Shown piece after piece: positions 1-16,694 of a stretch of 64,000 nt of DNA. The stretch lies in NCBI GenBank assembly GCA_022647765.1, contig JALCLH010000001.1, positions 227,480-291,479 of the forward strand, read 5' to 3'. How positions within the stretch are numbered: position 1 is the stretch's first letter; each line of letters begins with the position of its first letter. The translations under genes were made by a program, and so were the position numbers. The notes under the pieces were generated by a model. It made no database searches. It had not been told where the DNA came from and saw nothing but the letters and a program-made list of their open reading frames with translations. The DNA comes from Acidipropionibacterium sp. GTDB lineage: Bacteria > Actinomycetota > Actinomycetes > Propionibacteriales > Propionibacteriaceae.

Positions 1-2
1 AG

Positions 3-830
3 CTGCAGAAGGGCCAGATCCGCAAGGGCGTCGTCTCCTCGATCGTCAACTTCGGCGCCTTCGTCGACCTGGGCGGCGTGGACGGACTGGTTCACGTCTC
101 CGAGCTGTCCTGGAAGCACATCGACCACCCGAGCGAGGTCGTCGAGGTCGGCCAGCCGGTCACCGTCGAGGTGCTGGACGTCGACATGGAGCGCGAGCGC
201 GTCTCGCTCTCCCTCAAGGCGACCCAGGAGGATCCGTGGCAGGCCTTCGCCCGTCTGCACCAGATCGGCCAGATCGTCCCCGGCAAGGTCACCAAGCTGG
301 TCCCCTTCGGCGCCTTCGTGCGCGTCGAGGACGGCATCGAGGGCCTGGTCCACGTCTCCGAGCTGGCCGAGCGCCATGTCGACCTGCCCGAGCAGATCGT
401 CTCGGTGGGCCAGGACGTCATGGTCAAGATCATCGACATCGATCTCGACCGTCGCCGCATCTCGCTGTCCCTCAAGCAGGCCAACGAGGGCGTCGACGTC
501 GACTCCGACGAGTTCGACCCGTCGCTGTACGGCATGACCGCCTCCTACGACCAGGACGGCAACTACATCTACCCCGAGGGCTTCGATCCGGAGACCAACG
601 AGTGGAAGGCCGGCTACGACGAGCAGCGGGTCGCCTGGGAGCAGCAGTACGCCGAGGCGCAGGCTCGCTGGGAGGCGCACAAGAAGCAGGTCGTCGCCGC
701 CGAGCAGGCCGAGACCGACGCGGCCCTGGCCCCCAGCACCGCGAACTACTCCTCGCCGACCCCCGGCGAGGGCTCGCTGGCCTCCGACGAGGCTCTGCAG
801 GCGCTGCGCGACAAGCTGACCGGAAACTGA
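3..830 (+). CDS. rpsA: 30S ribosomal protein S1 (5'-truncated by window edge)
   Basis: Repeated S1 domains (GLVHVSELS, FGAFV); frame open to window start. Confidence 0.97.
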   Translation: MQKGQIRKGVVSSIVNFGAFVDLGGVDGLVHVSELSWKHIDHPSEVVEVGQPVTVEVLDVDMERERVSLSLKATQEDPWQAFARLHQIGQIVPGKVTKLVPFGAFVRVEDGIEGLVHVSELAERHVDLPEQIVSVGQDVMVKIIDIDLDRRRISLSLKQANEGVDVDSDEFDPSLYGMTASYDQDGNYIYPEGFDPETNEWKAGYDEQRVAWEQQYAEAQARWEAHKKQVVAAEQAETDAALAPSTANYSSPTPGEGSLASDEALQALRDKLTGN

Positions 831-875
831 TCGGCAATTCGATCCGCAGGATCGGTAGCTAGGTAGACGTTCCAC

Positions 876-915
876 GATGTGGGCCCCGTCCGGAGTTCCG
901 GACGGGGCCCACATC
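876..915 (+). terminator. Perfect 19-bp-arm hairpin after rpsA
   Basis: GATGTGGGCCCCGTCCGGA-GT-TCCGGACGGGGCCCACATC. Confidence 0.7.
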
Positions 916-974
916 TGTCTGCCGACAAGGCCCATATTTGTCTGCTGACAAGGCCCATATTTGTCTGCCGACAA
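906..974. repeat. 3 x 23-bp tandem repeat
   Basis: Unit GGCCCAYATYTGTCTGCYGACAA at 906, 929 and 952. Confidence 0.9.
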
Positions 975-987
975 GGAGGCGGAAGCG

Positions 988-1638
988 ATGACGGGGAAGA
1001 AGACAGCGCAGCGGAGACGCCGCAGGGTCGCCCTCACCGGGGGGATCGCCAGCGGGAAGTCGACCGTCGGACGCCTGCTGGCCGACCACGGCGCCCTGCT
1101 GATCGACTACGACGGGCTCTCCCGGGAAGTGGTCGAGCCGGGCACCGAGGGGCTGCGCCGGGTGGTGGAGGCCTTCGGGCCCGGCGTCATCGGCCCCGGC
1201 GGCGGGCTGGACCGAGCCGCCCTGGCCGGGGTGGTCTTCGCAGACCCTTCGGGGCGGGAGCGGCTGGAGAGGATCCTGCATCCCCTGGTTCTGGCGGAGG
1301 CAGATCGTCGCGAGTCGGCCGCGCCACCCCGGCAGGTCGTCGTCCACGACGTCCCGCTGCTCATCGAGGCCGATCTGGTGACGGGATTCGATGTGATCCT
1401 GGTCACCGACATCGACCCGGAGGAGCAGGTTCGCCGCGCGATGGCTCGCGACGCGATGACCGAGGATCAGGTGCGGGCCCGACTCGCCGCCCAGGCCACC
1501 CGCGAGCAGCGCAGAGCGGTGGCCGACATCGTCATCGACACCTCGGGGCCGCTGAGCGCCCTGGCCGGAATCGTCGACGGTGTCTGGGAGAGGCTGACCG
1601 CTCTCGTCTCTGCGAGAACTGTCGGTGGGGACATCTAG
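988..1638 (+). CDS. coaE: Dephospho-CoA kinase
   Basis: [12 protein letters not shown]-loop, DVPLL motif; AAGGAGG RBS; usual position between rpsA and uvrB. Confidence 0.95.
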   Translation: MTGKKTAQRRRRRVALTGGIASGKSTVGRLLADHGALLIDYDGLSREVVEPGTEGLRRVVEAFGPGVIGPGGGLDRAALAGVVFADPSGRERLERILHPLVLAEADRRESAAPPRQVVVHDVPLLIEADLVTGFDVILVTDIDPEEQVRRAMARDAMTEDQVRARLAAQATREQRRAVADIVIDTSGPLSALAGIVDGVWERLTALVSARTVGGDI

Positions 1639-1641
1639 TCT
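1620..1641 (+). promoter_or_regulatory. RecA-NDp/PafBC-type DNA-damage promoter of uvrB
   Basis: TGTCGG-N10-TAGTCT matches TGTCGG-N10-TA-N3-T. Confidence 0.75.
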
Positions 1642-1648
1642 TGATCCT

Positions 1649-3739
<2,091 letters not shown>

Positions 3740-3830
3740 GTTGACATCGAGTTGACACAGCACGGAGTGGCGCGAGTCCGGCGCGAGGTGCGAGACTTTC
3801 CAGGATTCTCAGCATTTCCTTGGAGGCCCG

Positions 3831-4821
3831 GTGCATATCCATCCCTATGTCTGGATCATCACGATCGTCGTCATGCTCGGGCTGCTGCTGGCCGACGCGC
3901 TGATCCTGGGACGGCGTCCCCATATGCCCTCCATGAAGGAGTGCGCCTTCTTCATCGGGCTCTACGTGGTCCTGGCGGTGCTCTTCGGAACCGGTGTGAC
4001 ATTCATCCAGGGGCCGGAGCCGGGCAAGGAGTTCTTCGCCGTCTGGCTCACCGAGTACAGCCTGTCGCTGGACAACCTGTTCATCTTCATCATCGTGATG
4101 AACAAGTTCAAGGTGCCCGGCTATCTGCAGCAGTTCACCCTGCTGGTCGGCATCATCGTGGCCCTGGTGTTCCGCGGCGTCTTCATCGCCCTGGGCCAGG
4201 TGGTGCTCAACGCCTGGGCCTGGGTCTTCTTCATCTTCGGCGCCTTCCTGCTGTACTCGGCGATCGGGCTGCTGCGCGACTTCTTCAAGAAGGAGCCCGA
4301 GGGGGAGGACGAGGACGCCGCGGAGAATCTGGTCACCCGGTGGATGCGCACCCATCTGCCCACCACCGGCGACTATCGGGGCACCTCGTTCTTCGTCAAG
4401 GACAACGGGAAGATCCTGGCCACCTCGCTGCTGACCGTCGTCATCGCGCTGAGCACCGCCGATCTCATCTTTCGCGCTGGACTCGATCCCGGCCAGCTAC
4501 GGGCTCACCAGCGAGGCCTATCTCATCTTCACCGCCAACGTCTTCGCCCTGATGGGGCTGCGTCAGCTGTACTTCCTGCTCGGCAACCTGCTGCACAAGC
4601 TGGTCTACCTGCCGCTCGGCCTCTCGGTGATCCTCGGCTTCATCTCGATCAAGCTGATCCTGCACGCCCTCAACCACTACGAGCTGGACCAGAAGTGGTT
4701 CGGCGTCTCCACCGAGATCTCCACGGAGATCTCACTGGCGGTGATCGTCGGCACCCTGGCGCTCAGCTCACCGCGGTGGCCAGCATCCTGCGCTCCCGGT
4801 ACCTCGACCGCTCAGCCCAGT
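3831..4821 (+). CDS. TerC/Alx family membrane protein, frameshifted near 4470 and 4765 (probably sequencing error)
   Basis: EYSLSLDNLF, FALDSIPA and MGLRQLYFL motifs spread over different frames. Confidence 0.8.
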
Positions 4822-5555
4822 AGCGGCAGGGCCAGATTCCGGGCCCCGCGCAGCTCCTCGGAGCCGGTGCGCCCCGACAACCAGCCGGCCAGCGCGGCGT
4901 CCGACCCGTGCACGGTGGTGGCGTATCCGGAGCCGCCGATCCGGTCGGTGAGCCCGGAGTCGGACTCGATTCGCATGGCCGGCGTGCTGCCCCGGTGGCG
5001 CAGCCGGAAGCACACCCAGGCGAGCAGCCAGCGGGTGGCGTCCGGGGAGACGTCGGCCAGTGAGAAACCGACATCGAGGTCGAGATGGTGCAGCAGCACC
5101 TCGGCGAGCCTCGCGACGGGCAGTTGAACGGCGTCGACCACGACGTCGGGGGCCAGCGTCACCTGAGTCGGCACGGGGACTCGCTCCAGCAGGTCGAAGG
5201 CCTCGTGAAGCCGCCCGGCGCTGGTGTCCAGGTCGATCTGCAGGGCCAGACCGTCGCGCTCGGATCCCCGCTCGATCTCCCGGTCGCGCTCGCTCAGCGA
5301 GGGATACAGCGGAGCCTGCCGCCCCTCCACCAGATCCTTCACCAGCCGGGTGAGGGCGTCGGCATTGCGGGCCAGATGGCTGGCGACGTGGGCGCGGGTC
5401 CAGCCCGGGAGCCGGCTGGGGGACTGCCACTGCTCCTCGGAGATGCCCATCGTGCTGCCGAGAAGCCGCTGGGTGGCCTCCAGCTTGACGGCGCGGACCT
5501 CGTCCATGCCGGCGTCGATGTGCAACGCGCTGGTCCTGGTCGAATCCGAAGTCAT
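4812..5555 (-). CDS. Mycothiol-dependent maleylpyruvate isomerase family protein
   Basis: [23 protein letters not shown] and EVLLHHLDL motifs. Confidence 0.85.
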   Translation of the reverse strand: MTSDSTRTSALHIDAGMDEVRAVKLEATQRLLGSTMGISEEQWQSPSRLPGWTRAHVASHLARNADALTRLVKDLVEGRQAPLYPSLSERDREIERGSERDGLALQIDLDTSAGRLHEAFDLLERVPVPTQVTLAPDVVVDAVQLPVARLAEVLLHHLDLDVGFSLADVSPDATRWLLAWVCFRLRHRGSTPAMRIESDSGLTDRIGGSGYATTVHGSDAALAGWLSGRTGSEELRGARNLALPLLG

Positions 5556-5645
5556 ACTCCCAACCTAGTGCCCGGCCAGGGGCGACGCCCACGCGGCGCG
5601 GAACTGCGCCCAGAACTACTGCGCCCAAAACACTGTGCACAGAAC

Positions 5646-5667
5646 TGTCGGTGCCTCCACCTACGAT
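5646..5667 (+). promoter_or_regulatory. RecA-NDp/PafBC-type DNA-damage promoter of uvrA
   Basis: TGTCGG-N10-TACGAT; GTG start 8 nt downstream (probably leaderless). Confidence 0.75.
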
Positions 5668-5674
5668 GTCTCCC

Positions 5675-8647
<2,973 letters not shown>

Positions 8648-8710
8648 TCCTGTGCCGATCGGCACAGGGCATGATGGCGATGCATTCGCACAACCGAGAG
8701 GGCACAGACC

Positions 8711-9076
8711 ATGGCCAGCAGTCCCGTCCAGAAGGACCCGCATGTCGGGCGCACCGACGCCGAGGCCGTTCTGGCGGCGCGCGACGAACTCGGGGAGCCG
8801 ATGGAGCCGGCCCTGGTGGACTCCTTCGCCTCCAAGGTGACCGAGGAGATCCAGCGCCAGATGGAGCTGGAGCGGGCCGCCGCCCGCCCCGCGGCCCCCG
8901 TCCCGGGCGGGGTCACGGCGAATCAGCGGGTCGCGGTCGCCGTCGTCACCGCCGGTGTGGCGATCCCGCTGACCGGCATCATGATGGGCACCAGCGGCGG
9001 GCTGCTCGGCACCCTCATCGTCTGGGTGGGCCTGGTGGCCCTCAACGTGGTGCTGGCGCTCAGACCGAGAGCTTGA
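8711..9076 (+). CDS. Small membrane protein of unknown function
   Basis: 121 aa, two C-terminal hydrophobic helices, host-like codon bias. Confidence 0.7.
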   Translation: MASSPVQKDPHVGRTDAEAVLAARDELGEPMEPALVDSFASKVTEEIQRQMELERAAARPAAPVPGGVTANQRVAVAVVTAGVAIPLTGIMMGTSGGLLGTLIVWVGLVALNVVLALRPRA

Positions 9077-9467
9077 GCTTCGACCCCTCCACCGCGACCT
9101 TGGCCGCACTCAGCCCCTCGGTGGCCGGGCCCTTGACGACCGCTCCGTCGGTGATCGCGAACCGGGAATCGTGGCAGGGGCAGACGATCTGGCCGTCGGC
9201 CACCTTGGAGACGTCGCATCCGGCGTGCGGGCAGAGCGCGCTGAACGCCCGGTAGGAGCCCTTGGTGGGCTGGGTGACGACGTAGCCGGATTTCGCGATC
9301 ACGGTGCCGCCGCCGACCGGCACCTGGGAGGCGTCGATCTCGAGGGGACCTGTCGGGCTCACTCCCTGGGTGGTGTCGCCGCTGGAGCAGCCGGCCAGCG
9401 CGCTGCCGGTGGCCAGCGCCGCGATGCCGAGACCGCCCCGCAGAACGGCGCGTCTGGTGGGTGACAT
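9060..9467 (-). CDS. Rieske (2Fe-2S) protein with Tat/lipoprotein signal
   Basis: RR motif, LAGC lipobox, CPHAGC and CPCHDS motifs. Confidence 0.9.
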   Translation of the reverse strand: MSPTRRAVLRGGLGIAALATGSALAGCSSGDTTQGVSPTGPLEIDASQVPVGGGTVIAKSGYVVTQPTKGSYRAFSALCPHAGCDVSKVADGQIVCPCHDSRFAITDGAVVKGPATEGLSAAKVAVEGSKLKLSV

Positions 9468-9512
9468 GTGTGCCTCCTGATTGATCCGGTGCAGTGTGAT
9501 GGGGAACGTGTC

Positions 9513-10262
9513 TCAGCGGGTCCCGGGATTTCCGGTGGCGTGGGCGCTGGCTCCGGTGACCATGCCCGCGGCGACGAGATGGTCGACCCGATTGATCCAG
9601 TGCACCTCGATCTTGTCACCCGGCATGAGTTCGACCATCGAGGTCGAGGTGTTCGCCAGGTTGAACCACCAGGGCTCGGTCCCGGCGACGAAGCCGCCCA
9701 GGGTCTCCTGGCGGCCGGGGCAGATGATCGCCGAGAGAATGAGAGCGCCGATCGCGCCGTGGGCGACGATCGCCACGCAGTCCTCCTCGTCGTGGGTCTC
9801 GCGCACCCAGGCGGCGATCCGGACGGCCCGCGCGGCGGCCTGCTGGGGAGTCTCGACCTCGCCGGTGTACCAGCCCCGCTCGGTCACCGAGCCGGGGAAG
9901 ACCGCCCTCGGGGTGATCGACGCCAGCTCGCTGAGAGAGGAGCCCGGCGCGGCGCGCTGGGTCGCTCCGAACCCGTCGGTGGGTCCCGGCCGCTCGTAGA
10001 GGAAGTCCTCGACCAGCAGTGGCAGATCCAGGGCCTCGGCGACCGGGGCGGCGGTCTGGAGAGTCCGCCTCATCGGGGAGCAGTACAGCCTTGTGGGCCG
10101 GGGATCGACGCCGTCGATCCAGTCGGCCAGCGCCTCGGCCTGGCGCACCCCCAGCGCGGTGATCGGGGGATCGGCGACCCGTCCGGCCCCGAAGGCCTCA
10201 GGGCCGGCGGCCACCAGGGCATTGTTGGCGGACTGGGCGTGGCGGATCAGCAGCAGGTGCAC
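9513..10262 (-). CDS. Histidine phosphatase family protein
   Basis: LIRHAQS, SPMRRTLQT and VAHG motifs. Confidence 0.88.
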   Translation of the reverse strand: MHLLLIRHAQSANNALVAAGPEAFGAGRVADPPITALGVRQAEALADWIDGVDPRPTRLYCSPMRRTLQTAAPVAEALDLPLLVEDFLYERPGPTDGFGATQRAAPGSSLSELASITPRAVFPGSVTERGWYTGEVETPQQAAARAVRIAAWVRETHDEEDCVAIVAHGAIGALILSAIICPGRQETLGGFVAGTEPWWFNLANTSTSMVELMPGDKIEVHWINRVDHLVAAGMVTGASAHATGNPGTR

Positions 10263-10279
10263 GGGCTCAGGTTATCGGG

Positions 10280-10357
10280 GTGCACTTTTCACTCGCCTAA
10301 GGCCCGGCGAGTCGCAGCGACGTCCGGAGACGGGGGTTAGGCGAGTGAAAAGTGCAC
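10280..10357. repeat. Perfect 21-bp inverted repeat with 36-nt spacer
   Basis: GTGCACTTTTCACTCGCCTAA / TTAGGCGAGTGAAAAGTGCAC. Confidence 0.9.
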
Positions 10358-10394
10358 ATGAGGCTCGCGCACCCCTCCGTTTATAGTGCGATAC

Positions 10395-12428
10395 ATGGCC
10401 GACCCGTCCAGCTACCGTCCCGCTCCCGGCACCATTCCCACCCAGCCCGGGGTGTACCGGTTCAGCGACGAGCACGGCCAGGTCATCTACGTCGGCAAGG
10501 CCAAGAACCTGCGCAACCGGCTCAACTCCTACTTCCAGGACATCTCGGCCCTGCACCCGCGCACCCAGCGAATGGTCACCACCGCGGCCCACGTCCAGTG
10601 GACCGTGGTGCAGAACGAGCTGGAGTCCCTCCAGCTCGAGTACACCTGGATCAAGGAGTTCGATCCGCGGTTCAACGTGATGTACCGCGACGACAAGACC
10701 TATCCCTGGCTGTGCGTCACCTGGTCCGACGAGTTTCCCCGGGTCTTCGTCGGCCGCGGCGCGCACCGCCGGGGCTGGCGCTACTTCGGCCCCTTCGGGC
10801 AGGCCTGGGCGATCCGCGACACCATGGAGACCCTGCTGCGGGTCTTCCCGATGCGCTCATGCTCTACCGGCGTCTTCAACCGCGCCAAGTCCCAGGGCCG
10901 GCCCTGCCTGCTCGGCTACATCGGCAAGTGCTCGGCCCCCTGCGTGGGCCGGATCACTCCCGAGGCCCACCGGGACATCGCCGACGACTTCTGCTCCTTC
11001 ATGGCCGGCCACAGCACCGGCCTGGTGCGCAAGATCGAGAACCAGATGGAGCAGGCGGCCACCAACCTGGAGTTCGAGCGCGCCGCCGTGCTGCGCGACT
11101 CCCTGGGGGCCCTGGCCAAGGCCACCGAGCGCAACGCCATCGTGCTCGGCGACGGCACCGACGCCGACGTCATCGCGCTGGCCCTGGACCCCCTCGAGGT
11201 GGCGGTCAAGATCTTCCACGTCCGCGGCGGGAGGGTCCGCGGGGAGCGCGGCTGGGTCGCCGACCGGGCCGATGACGCCGAGGCCGGCGAGCTGATGGAG
11301 ACCTTCCTGCTCCAGCTCTACGGGGCCGGCGACGTCTCCCGTGGTCAGGTGCGCGAGACCGGGCAGGGGCCGGCCATCCCCAGGCTGGTGATGGTCTCCC
11401 ACGAACCGGCGTCCCCGGAGCCGATGGCCGATCTGCTGAGCGAGTCGCGCGGCTCCCGGGTGGAGATCCGGGTGCCCCGGCGCGGCGACAAGCGCACCCT
11501 GATGGACACCGTCACCCGCAATGCCGAGGAGGCGCTGGCCCAGCACAAGCTCAAGCGGGCCTCCGACCTGGCCACCCGCACCCGTGCCCTGGAGGAGATC
11601 CAGGAGGCCATCGGGCTCGATCGCGCCCCGCTGCGGATGGAGTCCTACGACATCTCCCACATCCAGGGCCACCAGGTGGTCGGCTCGATGGTCGTCTTCG
11701 AGGACGGCATGCCCCGCAAGTCGGAGTACCGCCGATTCATCATCAAGAGCTTCGACGGCTCCGACGACTTCGCGGCCATGCACGAGGTGCTCTCCCGGCG
11801 GCTGCGGCGTCTCCTCGACGACCGGGCCGCGATGGCAGAAGCGATGGGGGACGGGGACGCAGGAGAGAGCGGAGACGCCACCGGCACCCTCATCGACCCC
11901 ACCACCGGCGCCCCGCGGAAGTTCGCCTATGCGCCGAATCTCATCGTCGTCGACGGCGGCGCCCCCCAGGTGCACGCCGCCCAGGAGGTGCTCGAGGAGT
12001 ACGGCCTGTCCGACGAGATCGCCCTGTGCGGCCTGGCCAAGCGGCTCGAGGAGGTGTGGATGCCCGACGAGGAGTGGCCGGTCATTCTGCCCCGCACCTC
12101 CGAGGGCCTCTACCTGCTGCAGCGGCTGCGCGACGAGGCGCACCGGTTCGCCATCACCTTCCACCGCTCGCGGCGCTCCAAGGCGATGGTCGAGTCGGTG
12201 CTGGACGACGTCCCCGGCCTGGGGGAGGTGCGCCGCAAGACCCTGCTGCAGCACTTCGGCAGCCTGAAGGCGCTGCGCGCCGCCGGTGTCGACGAGGTCG
12301 CCGCGGTGCCCGGCTTCGGCCCGGTGCTGGCCCGCTCGGTGGCCGACGCGCTGGCCGCCTCCCGACCGCAGGCCGCCGTCAACACCGCCACCGGTGAGGT
12401 GATCGAGGACGGGACAGACGCCCCCTGA
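10395..12428 (+). CDS. uvrC: Excinuclease ABC subunit C
   Basis: GIY-YIG domain (GVY..IYVGKA), [17 protein letters not shown], HhH. Confidence 0.97.
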   Translation: MADPSSYRPAPGTIPTQPGVYRFSDEHGQVIYVGKAKNLRNRLNSYFQDISALHPRTQRMVTTAAHVQWTVVQNELESLQLEYTWIKEFDPRFNVMYRDDKTYPWLCVTWSDEFPRVFVGRGAHRRGWRYFGPFGQAWAIRDTMETLLRVFPMRSCSTGVFNRAKSQGRPCLLGYIGKCSAPCVGRITPEAHRDIADDFCSFMAGHSTGLVRKIENQMEQAATNLEFERAAVLRDSLGALAKATERNAIVLGDGTDADVIALALDPLEVAVKIFHVRGGRVRGERGWVADRADDAEAGELMETFLLQLYGAGDVSRGQVRETGQGPAIPRLVMVSHEPASPEPMADLLSESRGSRVEIRVPRRGDKRTLMDTVTRNAEEALAQHKLKRASDLATRTRALEEIQEAIGLDRAPLRMESYDISHIQGHQVVGSMVVFEDGMPRKSEYRRFIIKSFDGSDDFAAMHEVLSRRLRRLLDDRAAMAEAMGDGDAGESGDATGTLIDPTTGAPRKFAYAPNLIVVDGGAPQVHAAQEVLEEYGLSDEIALCGLAKRLEEVWMPDEEWPVILPRTSEGLYLLQRLRDEAHRFAITFHRSRRSKAMVESVLDDVPGLGEVRRKTLLQHFGSLKALRAAGVDEVAAVPGFGPVLARSVADALAASRPQAAVNTATGEVIEDGTDAP

Positions 12429-12456
12429 CCCCGGCCGCTCGTCCTACGATGGGCCC

Positions 12457-13347
12457 GTGAGCAGTCAGGACGGGGACCCTCGGGACGGCACGGCCGGCCC
12501 CCAGCGCGTGGTGATCATCTCGGGGATGTCGGGAGCCGGCCGGCGCACCGCCGCCCACGCCATGGAGGATCTCGGCTGGTACGTGGTCGACAACCTGCCG
12601 CCGGCGATGCTGGGCGCCCTGGTCGACGAGACCTCGGCCAACGGGGTGGACCGGCTGGCCGTGGTGCTCGACGTCCGCACCCGGGCCATGTTCGAGAAGA
12701 TCGGCATCGCCCTGGGCGATCTCAACGCCCGCGGCATCGGGCCCGAGACGGTCTTCCTGGAGGCCTCCGACGCCGCGATCGTCAACCGCCAGGAGTCCAG
12801 CCGGCGTCCCCTCCCGCTGCAGCACGGGGGCCACCTGCTGGAGGCGGTCGCCCTGGAGCGCCGGATGCTCTCGGTGATCCGGGCCGGCGCGGACCTGGTC
12901 ATCGACACCACCTCCATCACCACCCGCCAGCTCGCCCAGCGGATCGAGTCGGCCTTCAGCGACGACGACAACCAGCTCACCATCCAGCTGATGTCCTTCG
13001 GGTTCAAGCGCGGGGTCCCGATCGACGCCGATCTGGTCTTCGACGTGCGCTTCCTGCCCAACCCCTACTGGGTGCCGGAACTGCGGCCGAAGACCGGGCT
13101 GTCCCCCGACGTCTCCTCCTATGTGCTGGCCCAGCCCGGAGCCCGCGAGTTCATCGACCGGGTCGACGAGCTGCTGGCCGGGATCGAGCCGGGATACCTT
13201 CGGGAGGGGAAGAAGCAGGTGACGGTCGCGATCGGCTGCACCGGCGGCAAGCACCGCAGCACATCGGTCGCCGAGGAGCTGGCCCGCCGGCTGCGCTCCC
13301 GGGGACGCCCGGCGACCGTGCTGCACCGAGACCTGGGGAGAGAGTGA
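12457..13347 (+). CDS. rapZ: RNase adapter RapZ
   Basis: SGMSGAG, VDNLP, SFGFKRG and GCTGGKHRS motifs. Confidence 0.95.
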   Translation: MSSQDGDPRDGTAGPQRVVIISGMSGAGRRTAAHAMEDLGWYVVDNLPPAMLGALVDETSANGVDRLAVVLDVRTRAMFEKIGIALGDLNARGIGPETVFLEASDAAIVNRQESSRRPLPLQHGGHLLEAVALERRMLSVIRAGADLVIDTTSITTRQLAQRIESAFSDDDNQLTIQLMSFGFKRGVPIDADLVFDVRFLPNPYWVPELRPKTGLSPDVSSYVLAQPGAREFIDRVDELLAGIEPGYLREGKKQVTVAIGCTGGKHRSTSVAEELARRLRSRGRPATVLHRDLGRE

Positions 13348-13348
13348 C

Positions 13349-14359
13349 GTGACGTCGACACAGGGTGCGGGATCGCACCCCGGCGGGGGACGACTGGCCG
13401 CCGAGAGCTATGTCGGAGGTCCGGCGGTGGTCGCCTTCGGCGGCGGCCACGGGCTGGCCGCCTCGCTGCGCGCACTGCGCCGGATCACCGAGCGGATCAC
13501 CGCCATCGTCACGGTGGCCGACAACGGCGGATCCTCGGGACGCCTGCGCGACGAGTTCAGCTGCCTTCCGCCCGGCGACCTGCGCCGCGCGCTGGCCGCG
13601 CTGTGCGCCGACGACCGTCTCGGGCGGACCTGGGCGGAGGTGCTGCAGGCCCGGTTCGGCGGAGACGGCGAGCTGGCCGGACATGCCATCGGGAATCTGC
13701 TGATCGCCGGCCTGTGGCAGGAGCTGGGGGACCCGGTGGCCGGCCTGGACATGGTGGCCGAGCTGCTGGGCACCCGGGGCCGGGTGCTGCCGATGAGTCT
13801 GGAGCCGCTCGACATCTTCGCCGAGGTGATCGGGCTGGATCCGCTGCGCCCCGACGAGACCTACACCCTGTCGGGGCAGGCCACGGTCGCCAAGACCAGG
13901 GCCGAGGTGCTCACCGTCCGGCTGGAGCCGGAGCGGCCGCCGGCCTGTCCGCAGGCCGTCGAGGCGATCGGCGAGGCCGACTACCTGGTGCTCGGCCCGG
14001 GGTCCTGGTTCACCTCGGTGATCCCGCACCTGCTGGTTCCCGAGATCGCCGACGCCATCATCGCCTCCCGCGCCCACAAGATCCTCACCCTCAACATCGC
14101 CCCGGCCGAGGAGACCGACGGCTTCAGCCCGGCCCGCCATCTCGAGGTGCTGGCCGAGCACGAGCCGCGGATCCGCCTCGACACCGTCCTGGTCGATCGC
14201 GCCTTCGGCGGAGGAGACGCCCATCTGGCCTCCTATGCGCACAGCCTGGGCGCCGAGCTGGTGCAGGCCGATCTGGCGGTCAGGGACGGCTCGGCTCGTC
14301 ACGACACGCTACGGTTGGCCTCCGCGTACGCCGAGATCATGGACTGCCTGCCGCACTGA
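13349..14359 (+). CDS. yvcK: YvcK/CuvA UDP-GlcNAc-binding protein
   Basis: GGGHGL, DNGGSSGRLR and GPGSWFTS motifs; conserved operon. Confidence 0.92.
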   Translation: MTSTQGAGSHPGGGRLAAESYVGGPAVVAFGGGHGLAASLRALRRITERITAIVTVADNGGSSGRLRDEFSCLPPGDLRRALAALCADDRLGRTWAEVLQARFGGDGELAGHAIGNLLIAGLWQELGDPVAGLDMVAELLGTRGRVLPMSLEPLDIFAEVIGLDPLRPDETYTLSGQATVAKTRAEVLTVRLEPERPPACPQAVEAIGEADYLVLGPGSWFTSVIPHLLVPEIADAIIASRAHKILTLNIAPAEETDGFSPARHLEVLAEHEPRIRLDTVLVDRAFGGGDAHLASYAHSLGAELVQADLAVRDGSARHDTLRLASAYAEIMDCLPH

Positions 14360-14435
14360 CCTGCCCGTCCATCCTGCTCAGCTACCTGTTGAGAAATATT
14401 GACACGTCCACCGAAGAGAGAGAAAGAACCACCAG

Positions 14436-15422
14436 ATGGCCCTCACCGCCCGCGTGAAGTCGGAACTGTCGACCGTCGTCGTGCCCAAGCTGTGCTGCCG
14501 GCGCGCGGAGATCGCGACGACGCTGCGTCTGGCGGGCGGAATCCACCTGGTGAGCGGTCACATCGTGATCGAGGCGGAGCTGGACAGCGGCGGTGCGGTC
14601 CGTCGGCTGCGCCAGGCGATCCAGGAGATCTACCACATGGACGCCGACGTGGTCGTGGTGAACGGCTCCGGAATCCACCAGGGCACCCGCTATGTGCTGC
14701 GACTGGCCCGCGGGGGAGGGGAGCTGGCCCGCCTCACCGGGCTCATCGACCGCAGCGGCCGCCCGGTGCGCGGTCTGCCCAGCTCGGTGGTGGGGGCCGG
14801 CCGGTGCTGTCAGGCGGCGGCCTGGCGGGGGGCCTTCCTGGCCCGCGGGTCGCTCACCGAACCGGGCCGTTCGATGGCGATGGAGATCACCGCGCCCAGC
14901 TCCGAGGCGGCGATGGCCCTGGTCGGGGCCGCCCGTCGGCTGGACATCTCGGTGAAGGCCCGCCAGGCCCGCCAGATCGAGCGGGTGATCATCCGCGACG
15001 GGGACGCCATCGCGGCGATGCTCACCCAGATGGGGGCCCACGAGTCGGTGCTGGCCTGGGAGGACCGCCGGGTCCGCCGCGAGGTGCGCGCCTCGGCCAA
15101 CCGGCTGGCGAACTTCGACGACGCCAACCTGCGCCGTTCGGCCCATGCCGCGGTGCTGGCCAGCGCCCGGGTGGAGCGCGCCCTGGAGATTCTCGGCGAC
15201 GACGTGCCCGCCCATCTGCAGGAGGCCGGCAGGTTGCGCCTCGAGCATCGTCACTCCAGCCTGGAGGAGCTGGGCCAGCTGCATGTGCCCCCGCTCACCA
15301 AGGACGCCATCGCCGGCCGGATCCGGCGTCTGCTGGCCACCGCGGACAAGGCGGCCGCGGCCCAGGGGATACCCACCACGATGGAAAGCCTGTCGGCCGA
15401 GATGCGCGAGGAGCGCCCCTGA
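14436..15422 (+). CDS. whiA: DNA-binding protein WhiA
   Basis: [20 protein letters not shown] and [12 protein letters not shown] motifs. Confidence 0.96.
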   Translation: MALTARVKSELSTVVVPKLCCRRAEIATTLRLAGGIHLVSGHIVIEAELDSGGAVRRLRQAIQEIYHMDADVVVVNGSGIHQGTRYVLRLARGGGELARLTGLIDRSGRPVRGLPSSVVGAGRCCQAAAWRGAFLARGSLTEPGRSMAMEITAPSSEAAMALVGAARRLDISVKARQARQIERVIIRDGDAIAAMLTQMGAHESVLAWEDRRVRREVRASANRLANFDDANLRRSAHAAVLASARVERALEILGDDVPAHLQEAGRLRLEHRHSSLEELGQLHVPPLTKDAIAGRIRRLLATADKAAAAQGIPTTMESLSAEMREERP

Positions 15423-16547
<1,125 letters not shown>

Positions 16548-16576
16548 GTCCCGTTGAGTCCATCGGCGTGACATGC

Positions 16577-16616
16577 ACGACGGCCCCGCGCCCCTCTCGG
16601 GGCGCGGGGCCGTCGT
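16577..16616 (+). terminator. GC-rich hairpin after gap
   Basis: ACGACGGCCCCGCGCCCC-TCTC-GGGGCGCGGGGCCGTCGT. Confidence 0.7.
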
Positions 16617-16694
16617 CCATCTGCGCCCTCCTACCGCGTGGCCTTCGCGCCGCGCGCGTACCCACAATTCACGGAAGCACAGAAAGGATCGTCC

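Noticed and set aside
906-974. 23-bp repeats as a CRISPR array
   Set aside because: Units are contiguous with no spacers, and there are no cas genes.
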